From the IMG/VR virus record IMGVR_UViG_3300025296_000034, positions 1 through 42,022 of that record: DNA of 42,022 nt, one strand, 5' to 3'. Made by a program: the position numbers and the translations under genes. Numbering within the stretch: position 1 is the stretch's first letter; each line of letters opens with the position of its first letter. The stretch comes from a virus (taxonomy: Duplodnaviria > Caudoviricetes). The notes beneath the pieces were generated by a model, which made no database searches, was not told where the DNA came from, and was given only the letters and a program-made list of their open reading frames with translations. Below, one piece after another: positions 17,053-23,314 of the stretch.

Positions 17053-18579
17053 GGCCATAGCAGTCGCACGGCTCTCTCAGCTTGTGCGGGGACCACGCTG
17101 TTGCCCAGGGCTCTCAGCCGATCGGTTCTGTATCGCTGGGCAGCGTCCACCAGATCGGAAAGCCCATCAGCCACTCCACGAAGGTCGGGTTGAGTCGGCG
17201 CTTCTCCGAGAGCTGGGTGGAGGAACTCGGGGATGCTTCCCCAGTTGTCGCCGGGGCCGGGGGGGAAGGCAGGTAAGGGCTGTGGTCCCACTCCTCTATC
17301 GAGGGACACGGGCACTCGTGGGCGTGGATCGCGTGGATATTGCACAGGTAATTCTCGCAGTCCGGGCACGGCGTCCACGCCGGCGTCTGTTCTTGGTGAT
17401 GCACTGCGAAGTTCGCGACCTGTAGATCTCCCCCCCCGCTCTCGTGGCGCCCCAGTTCCTGCTTGCGTTGGGCGCTCTCCGCTCCTCCCGTCAGCGCCCT
17501 GGGCGTCGGCCACTGTCGGCCCTCCGAGTTCCCGCTCACCGCTGCATCCGTGAGAGACACGCCTTTGTTCGCCTTTGAGTTTGGGGTGTTCCTCGACCCC
17601 GCCGCCTTGTGATCCCCTGCTGTCGGCGTCGGCCACTGCAGACTCGCGATCGTCAGCGGCGTCCCTGCGCCGTTGCTGTTGTAGCCCTTCTTCTTCAGTT
17701 CTTCCCGACGAGCCAGCCAGGTCGTGGGGTCTTCCCCGTCCTGAGAGATCCTCGCATTCGGCGTCGGCCATGCTTCTCTGGGAACCTCCTTCGGCCACTG
17801 CCCCGCCTGGATCTCCGCTACCTGTTCCAGCCCCGGCGAGCTGCTCTGCCCCCCCCCTGACCGGCGACCGTTGTTCACCGACCTCTCCATCGCCCGCGCG
17901 CTCTTGCGATTCGTTCCCGCGCAGGGCGTCGGCCACTCCCTCGCCATCCCCTCGAGGATGGGTTCGTTGCGGCTTGTTGTAAGCCACATGAGCCCCCCCC
18001 GAGGTCGGGGTTGACCACTCCTTCTCGGAGCCATCGGCCACACTCGGAGGAGTCGAGGTCGCGGTCCCAGGCGCAGATGAACAGCCGCTCCCGGCGATGC
18101 GGTGCGCCGACATCAGACGCACGCACAAGGCCCCAGCGCGCATCGAACCCCAGCGAGGCAAGGTCGGAGAGGACAACGTCGAATCCCAGGCGAAGGTGCC
18201 CTGCGACGTTTTCAAAGAATGCGAATCGTGGTCGTACCACGCGAAGGGTGTCGCGGATGGCCGGCCAGAGATGACGCTCGTCGTCGGCACCCTTGCGGGA
18301 ACCGGCGTGGCTGAAAGGCTGACACGGGTAGCCACCGCAGACGAGGTCGATGCTTCCGGCAAGAGGTCGCAGGTCCAGCTCACGCAGGTCTCCGCACCAA
18401 ACAGGCGCTGGATCCAGGGCCTCGTCCTCCATCCGTCCCAGGAGGACGGACGCACAGAAGGGGTCCCGCTCGACATAGGCCACCACTCGCGCATGGAGTG
18501 CGCGGCGGATCCCGAGGTCGAGACCCCCGATGCCTGAGCAGAGCGATAGCACGCGGAGGGGAGTATCCACATCGGTCAT
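17040..18579 (-). CDS. DNA (cytosine-5) methyltransferase, alpha-type polypeptide, frameshifted near a G8 tract (17993-18000)
   Basis: Motifs I (SLCSGIGG), IV (GGYPCQPFS), VI (ENV) and VIII (HRRERLF) are in ORF 17875-18579; motif X (RLRALGNSV) is in frame 17040-18572; deleting one G gives a continuous 512-aa ORF. Confidence 0.85.
17114..18572 (-). CDS. Overprinted alternative-frame WPTP-repeat polypeptide carrying MTase motif IX (beta-type subunit), frameshifted in the same region
   Basis: N-part MWILPS..SLKTSQ..LPRWGSMRAG; repeats WSTP and WPTP x4; C-terminal RRLNPTFVEWLMGFP; deleting the same G gives a 485-aa ORF. Confidence 0.65.
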
Positions 18580-18818
18580 GTCCTTTCCGGCGCCGAGCCG
18601 GGGACGGCAGCTTCGTGGTAGAGCGCGTAAACGGCGGTGCCGTCATCGAGGTGACGCTCGAGGCGGTCCTCGGTCGTGCCCGTGAAGGTGACGCTGATAG
18701 GCGCGACGCCAACCTTGCTGGCGCGCTTGTTGATTCGCTCCACGCGCTTGTGGACCTCATCGAGGAGGTCTTCGCGCACGAAGGCGGAGGAGGCTTCGGT
18801 CGTGGTTGTGGTGGTCAT
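18576..18818 (-). CDS. Hypothetical protein, possibly a truncated N-terminal fragment
   Basis: 80 aa; TGATG and ATGA overlaps with both neighbours. Confidence 0.6.
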   Translation of the reverse strand: MTTTTTTEASSAFVREDLLDEVHKRVERINKRASKVGVAPISVTFTGTTEDRLERHLDDGTAVYALYHEAAVPGSAPERT

Positions 18819-19240
18819 CAGCCGTTCTCCCTGGCGTAGGTGCGCTGCGCGGCGAGCCCGCAGTCCTCGCAGAGGTATTCCTCCTCCACCGAGGTGAACT
18901 CGTCGCTGCAGCCGTCGCCGCAGTTGTGGCAGTAGTGAGGCTTGGACTGGTCGACCTCGATGCTGTGGATCACGGACTCGGACAGGTCGCCCATCCCGGT
19001 GAAGAGGCCGCGACGGCGAATCTCAGCGAAGTACACGGAGATCTCGTCGCGGTAGTAGCCGCCGGTCTTGCCCTTGCAGGCACCGGCAAGCTCGAGAGCG
19101 TCAGCGGCAACTGCCGCTTCGTGCGCGTCGCGACAGGCACCGCAGAGTTGCGCGAGGTCCATCTCGCGAGCACGGGCGGCGAGCGCAGCCCAGTCAGGGC
19201 TGGCGTCGCGCGGGGAGGCGGGGATGTGATAGGTGGTCAT
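18818..19240 (-). CDS. Hypothetical protein with C-terminal zinc finger
   Basis: ATG 19240 after AAGGA; CHNCG..LCEDC. Confidence 0.7.
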   Translation of the reverse strand: MTTYHIPASPRDASPDWAALAARAREMDLAQLCGACRDAHEAAVAADALELAGACKGKTGGYYRDEISVYFAEIRRRGLFTGMGDLSESVIHSIEVDQSKPHYCHNCGDGCSDEFTSVEEEYLCEDCGLAAQRTYARENG

Positions 19241-19263
19241 CGGTCGGTTCCTTCTAGGTTGTT

Positions 19264-19311
19264 GGTTTCGCCCTGCCGGGCTCATCAGGTGCGCGGCGTC
19301 AGCGCACGACC
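19264..19311 (-). ncRNA. Type III hammerhead ribozyme
   Basis: Minus strand reads GGUC^ GUGCGC-UGACGCC-GCGCAC CUGAUGA GCCC-GGCA-GGGC GAAA CC: intact core, GUC triplet, 6-bp stem I, 4-bp stem II, 3-bp stem III. Confidence 0.85.
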
Positions 19312-19335
19312 GGGGCCGAAGCCCCTTTCGGTCAT
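19285..19335 (-). CDS. Possible 16-aa ORF spanning the ribozyme (MTERGFGPGRALTPRT)
   Basis: GGAGG 7 nt before the ATG; ATGA overlap with the upstream stop; its TGA is the first UGA of CUGAUGA. Confidence 0.4.
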   Translation of the reverse strand: MTERGFGPGRALTPRT

Positions 19336-19592
19336 CGCACGCCCTCCGTGAGGTTCTGGAGTCGGACACCGTCCAGGAGGCCGCGACCGTAGGCTTCCGC
19401 CTCGCGGATCCCGTGGGCCGTGTTGATCCTCTCGGAGATATTCATGGTCTTCTGGTAGAAGTAATATCTGGTCACGCCGTCGCCGCTGGCGAGAACGCAG
19501 GGGCCTCCCCGCCGAACGGTCACATAGGGCAGTTGGCATTCGAGCCGACCCCGAAGGGCCTGGAAGCGTTGTTTGTTGGATTGGGTGGTCAT
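19332..19592 (-). CDS. Early hypothetical protein
   Basis: 86 aa; AAAGG RBS and shared ACAGACCGATGAC start cassette. Confidence 0.7.
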   Translation of the reverse strand: MTTQSNKQRFQALRGRLECQLPYVTVRRGGPCVLASGDGVTRYYFYQKTMNISERINTAHGIREAEAYGRGLLDGVRLQNLTEGVR

Positions 19593-19631
19593 CGGTCTGT
19601 ACCTTTCGGGGTGTTGGGGGTTGGTCGGATG

Positions 19632-20006
19632 TTAGAGGAGGGCGTCGTTGTGCGCCTCGACGCCGAAGGCCATGCCTTGCTGCTGCGCGTACTCGTCGCG
19701 GTCTGCACGCTCGTCGGCGGCGGCGGCGGCGGTACGGTCGGTTGCAGTCTCTTTGCGCAGGCAGCGCACGCGCAGGGTCTTCAGGGAGGCGAGCCCCTCG
19801 TTGGTGCGCGTACCCTGAGCCAGTTCAACCCACAGTTCCCCGCCCGTCTGGAACGGGCATTCAGCGACGTGATCGGCGCTGGGGCGAGAGAAGGCGGTGC
19901 AGGCTTCCTTCAGGGTGGAAAAGTCCGCGCCATCCCAGCATTGGTCAAGTTCGAGGCGCGGGTCGGATCCGTGGTAGTTGATGGAGTAGTTGCTGATGTT
20001 CTTCAT
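19632..20006 (-). CDS. Early hypothetical protein
   Basis: ATG 20006 within the repeated GAACGGAGACCAAGCCATGAAGAAC cassette; 124 aa. Confidence 0.75.
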   Translation of the reverse strand: MKNISNYSINYHGSDPRLELDQCWDGADFSTLKEACTAFSRPSADHVAECPFQTGGELWVELAQGTRTNEGLASLKTLRVRCLRKETATDRTAAAAADERADRDEYAQQQGMAFGVEAHNDALL

Positions 20007-20323
20007 GGCTTGGTCTCCGTTCTTGGTGTGGTGTGGTGGTGAGTGGTTAGGAGCGGCTGCGAAGCCACGCGATGTTGCGGAGAGATTCCCGAGTTTGCCC
20101 GGAGAGGTGAACATCTTCAGAGAGGAAGTCGGCAGGCATACGGCGTCCTGTTTTCGAGACGGCGAAGCCTTCGATGACTCGACCGCTTGCTATCAGCGCG
20201 TCCATAGCGGGCTCTCCTGCCGCGTAGCCGCCCACGGTGTCCCAGTTGAAATTCGCTCCAGGCTTCTTCGCCAAGATGGCGATGATGAGGTCGGTGGGGT
20301 TCTTCATGGCTTGGTCTCCGTTC
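19998..20323. repeat. Exact 25-bp direct repeat (19998-20022, 20299-20323) covering the RBS and first codons of two adjacent genes
   Basis: GTTCTTCATGGCTTGGTCTCCGTTC present twice. Confidence 0.95.
20047..20307 (-). CDS. Early hypothetical protein
   Basis: ATG 20307 within the same 25-bp cassette; 86 aa. Confidence 0.75.
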   Translation of the reverse strand: MKNPTDLIIAILAKKPGANFNWDTVGGYAAGEPAMDALIASGRVIEGFAVSKTGRRMPADFLSEDVHLSGQTRESLRNIAWLRSRS

Positions 20324-20348
20324 GGGGTAGGTGGTGAGGAGTCAGGGG

Positions 20349-20621
20349 TTAGAAGGGCTGGCCGTGGGGGCCGAACTTGAGCAGCTCGAACTCGTCCTTG
20401 GTGGGCTGGTCGCACTCGTCGCAGACTCCGAGGGTGACTAGCTCGGCCTTCAGCGCATCGTCGTGGGCGACGATCTGGGACAGCGCATCCTCGTCAACGG
20501 GGGCGTATCCGATGAACTCGTCGCGTGACCCGTACATACTTGTGTCGGAGATTGCCTCGTAGGTGGCGCGGGCAGCTTCGCGGAGTGCGAGGAGGGTTTC
20601 GATGCGGGAGTCGTGTGTCAT
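20349..20621 (-). CDS. First gene of the leftward early operon; acidic hypothetical protein
   Basis: AAGGA RBS; 90 aa; one CxxC. Confidence 0.7.
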   Translation of the reverse strand: MTHDSRIETLLALREAARATYEAISDTSMYGSRDEFIGYAPVDEDALSQIVAHDDALKAELVTLGVCDECDQPTKDEFELLKFGPHGQPF

Positions 20622-20648
20622 CGGTCTGTCCTTGTGGGTAGTGGTTAG

Positions 20649-20679
20649 CCGTCACCGTGACGGTAGGAGGAGACTAGCA
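20649..20679 (-). promoter_or_regulatory. Extended -10 early promoter (TGcTAGTCT) with operator CCGTCAC-C-GTGACGG (20649-20663) at the predicted start site
   Basis: TGn-TAGTCT on the minus strand at 20679-20671; the palindrome is identical to the one at 12556-12570. Confidence 0.55.
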
Positions 20680-20843
20680 CAGGATCGACCGGAGGGGGAG
20701 GCACCTTCTGCAAGAAAGTTGCACGGACGCAAGAAAGTGTCACAGGGCAAACCCTTGAAAATGAGGGATTTACGAGCAGGATCACCTACTTGCTACCGAT
20801 TCTGGCGCTTTACAGCTCTGAGATTTCTCCCCGAGGCAGCGAC

Positions 20844-21362
20844 ATGACCCAGGACATCACCGTTACAGGACAGGTCACAGCCGTCATCCTCCGCGCAGAC
20901 GGCTCGGTGAGGCAGAAGCTCGAGGGCAATAACCTCGTCACTACCATGGGGCTGCGGCACTACGCTGAGAGGTTCGAGGAGTCGTTCAACGGCACAGCCG
21001 TCACCAGCACCTTCACGACCTTTGTCGTAGGCACAGGCTCCACCGCCGCCGACATTGGCGATGACATGGCGGACATGACCCAGTTCACCGGCACCACGGG
21101 CGAGCAGGTGCTCGCGTCGGGCTACCCCAAGATCGACGACGACGACACGGACAACAGCGGGCGAGGGGCGTTCGTCCTGACCTGGCACGCGAGCTACGGC
21201 ACGGGTACGACACTCTCGGCAATCAGGGAGGTGGCTATCAGCATCGCAGCGCCGGAGGAGGTCACGCCTGACCCGCTGCTCATGCGGCACGTCTTCGGTG
21301 CGCCATTCACGAAGACCACCGACGAGACGCTGAAGATCTTCGTCAATCACACGCTCGCCTGA
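20844..21362 (+). CDS. Virion structural protein (head/tail accessory)
   Basis: NLVTTMG..VVGTG..IREVAI..MRHVF..KTTDETLKI pattern of phage structural proteins; GAGG RBS. Confidence 0.6.
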   Translation: MTQDITVTGQVTAVILRADGSVRQKLEGNNLVTTMGLRHYAERFEESFNGTAVTSTFTTFVVGTGSTAADIGDDMADMTQFTGTTGEQVLASGYPKIDDDDTDNSGRGAFVLTWHASYGTGTTLSAIREVAISIAAPEEVTPDPLLMRHVFGAPFTKTTDETLKIFVNHTLA

Positions 21363-21368
21363 CCTGAG

Positions 21369-22307
21369 ATGACTAAGTGGTCACAGGGCGGCGACGCGGC
21401 GGACGCTGGCGCTGTGACGATGTGCGCTGGCGGCGTCCTCGCTACGACCCCGCAGGCGAAGGAGGCGGTCGTGCGCTCGAGCATCCCGGTAGGCGGGTCG
21501 ACCACGGTGTCTCAGAACGCCCCAGCGACCGGCGTGCGCGGCGTGATGTTCCAGGGCGAGCCTGGCTTCCCCGGGCTGCTGACGTGGCCTGAGAGCGACT
21601 GGACCATCCAGCTGAACGTGACCACGGCTAACGCGGACTGGACCTGGACGGGCACCAGGGTCTGCCGCGTCAGCGCCAGCAACGCACCGAAGGTCACGGT
21701 CGGCGAGGCGACGCGGCAGCACTTCAACCTCGGCGCTACCGGCGTGCTCACGATGTCGGTCTACGGCGACGAGACGGTCGGGCTGACAAGCGACGAGGTC
21801 TACATCGTGCTGTACTTCGACGTGTCGGGGAGCGCGACGCCCTCGAGCTTCGCCTTCCAGCCAGACCAGGGGATCGTCGCGAACCGCCTGCCCATCGTCG
21901 AGGTCGTGAACGAGACGGTCACCGTGACAGAGACGGTGAAGGAGAAGAACGACTCGGACATGGACCCGGACTTCGAGGAGACGGTGACCGTGACCGAGAC
22001 GGTGTTCGCGCTGCGCGTTCCGCTGGTGCGAGCTGTCAACGAGACGCTCACGACGAGCGAGGCCGTGGTCAGCATCGTCGGCAAGTTCGCGGTCGTGAAC
22101 GAGTCGGTCAGCGTCACCGAGGCGGCACCCGTGACGGTCGTGACGCTGATAGGCACGGGCTCGGCCAAAGGGCTGGCCGTGATGACCGGCGTGACGCGCG
22201 GGATGACCGGCGTGGCCGGTGCAGCGAAGGGCGACGTGGGCGTGGCCGGTGTGGCGAAGGGCATGGTAGTCGCGGCGACCGCGACAGGATCAGGAGTGAG
22301 CGCATGA
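21369..22307 (+). CDS. Virion fibre-like protein with (N/E)E(T/S)V(T/S)VTE beta repeats
   Basis: Thr/Val-rich; repeats VNETVTVTE, EETVTVTE, VNETLTTSE, VNESVSVTE; C-terminal GxAKG repeats. Confidence 0.6.
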   Translation: MTKWSQGGDAADAGAVTMCAGGVLATTPQAKEAVVRSSIPVGGSTTVSQNAPATGVRGVMFQGEPGFPGLLTWPESDWTIQLNVTTANADWTWTGTRVCRVSASNAPKVTVGEATRQHFNLGATGVLTMSVYGDETVGLTSDEVYIVLYFDVSGSATPSSFAFQPDQGIVANRLPIVEVVNETVTVTETVKEKNDSDMDPDFEETVTVTETVFALRVPLVRAVNETLTTSEAVVSIVGKFAVVNESVSVTEAAPVTVVTLIGTGSAKGLAVMTGVTRGMTGVAGAAKGDVGVAGVAKGMVVAATATGSGVSA

Positions 22308-22714
22308 AGCCGATCAAGATTCAGGGCAGCGTGTGGGAGGGTGCCGAGTTCCGCATCCTCGCGCAGGTGGTCGACCTCGACAACACGCTGCTGGTGCATT
22401 CGACCGACCCCGGCGCGTACACCTACGCGCTAAACATCTACGACCTCGGCAGCCAGACGCCGAGCACGGCGTTCGCGACTCCGAGCGCGGGGACGCTGCT
22501 CGAGACATCATCCCAGACGGGACCGGAGTGGACGCTAGACAGCACGGGCTACACGTTCGACTTCAGGTGGACTAAGACGCTCAACGACGCCAACTCGCTG
22601 GTCGGCGGGCACACCTACAGGTTCGAGTTCACGATCACGACAACCCTAGGCACGCCCAACATCGGCATGGTGCCGGTCGTGGCAGACATCAAGACCCTAC
22701 CGAGGTTCTCCTAA
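22304..22714 (+). CDS. Putative virion beta-sandwich protein
   Basis: ATGA overlap; beta-rich; GHTYRFEFTIT. Confidence 0.6.
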   Translation: MKPIKIQGSVWEGAEFRILAQVVDLDNTLLVHSTDPGAYTYALNIYDLGSQTPSTAFATPSAGTLLETSSQTGPEWTLDSTGYTFDFRWTKTLNDANSLVGGHTYRFEFTITTTLGTPNIGMVPVVADIKTLPRFS

Positions 22715-23091
22715 TGAAGAGCAGCAACGAGATCGAGCATACGACTGACGGCGGCGAGCAGGACGAGGCGACGGTGCGTCGACACAGAGACGGGACGTTC
22801 ATCCCAGGCCAGAGCGGCAACCCTCGAGGCAGGAAGAAGGGCTCGGTCAACCTGATGACCCGCGTGAAGCACCTGCTGCTGAAGGAGGTGTCGGACGGCA
22901 CGATGCGCGCGGACGTGGCGGCTCGGGTGTTCGTGGAGAAGATGATGGAGGGCGACTTGGGCTTCGTGAAGGAGTTCCTGAACCGCGACGAGGGCATGCC
23001 CCGTCAGCGGGTGGACGTTCGCGAGGTTCGGGAGTCCATCACCGTGGTGGATCGACGTGGCAAAACCCCGCTGGACACAGAGGACAACTAA
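22714..23091 (+). CDS. terS: Terminase small subunit (DUF5681-like)
   Basis: GTFIPGQSGNPRGRKKGS motif; lies upstream of TerL. Confidence 0.8.
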   Translation: MKSSNEIEHTTDGGEQDEATVRRHRDGTFIPGQSGNPRGRKKGSVNLMTRVKHLLLKEVSDGTMRADVAARVFVEKMMEGDLGFVKEFLNRDEGMPRQRVDVREVRESITVVDRRGKTPLDTEDN

Positions 23092-23314
23092 CAATGGCCC
23101 ACAAGAGTGGTTATGGCGCTCCGGTTGGGAGCCGTGCAAAGGCGGCGGGTGGCGGCACCCGCGCCTCGAGTTCGAGTGGCCGGAAGACCAGGCGCTCCTC
23201 CTCGAACTCGACGCGCTCGCGCTCGAAGGCGAGGCGACGGCGCTCCTCGGCCCGTGGCGCGAGCGCGAGAAAGAGGCGCGGCGGCGGCGGGTACTGAAGG
23301 GCAGTCGGACATGA
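23057..23314 (+). CDS. Hypothetical protein between terS and terL (start uncertain)
   Basis: PQEWLWRSGW..WRHP.. frame ends with an ATGA overlap on terL; the best RBS/ATG (23094) is in another frame. Confidence 0.45.
   Translation: MAKPRWTQRTTNNGPQEWLWRSGWEPCKGGGWRHPRLEFEWPEDQALLLELDALALEGEATALLGPWREREKEARRRRVLKGSRT

Noticed and set aside
17430-17857. C8 (17430-17437) and C9 (17849-17857) tracts as frameshift sites
   Set aside because: Both MTase frames read through them without interruption; they remain only potential slippage sites
18809-18822. Other CTGATGA occurrences (near 18814-18820, 22852 and 23343) as additional hammerheads
   Set aside because: No stem II followed by GAAA and no stem I; they lie in coding sequence or at gene junctions
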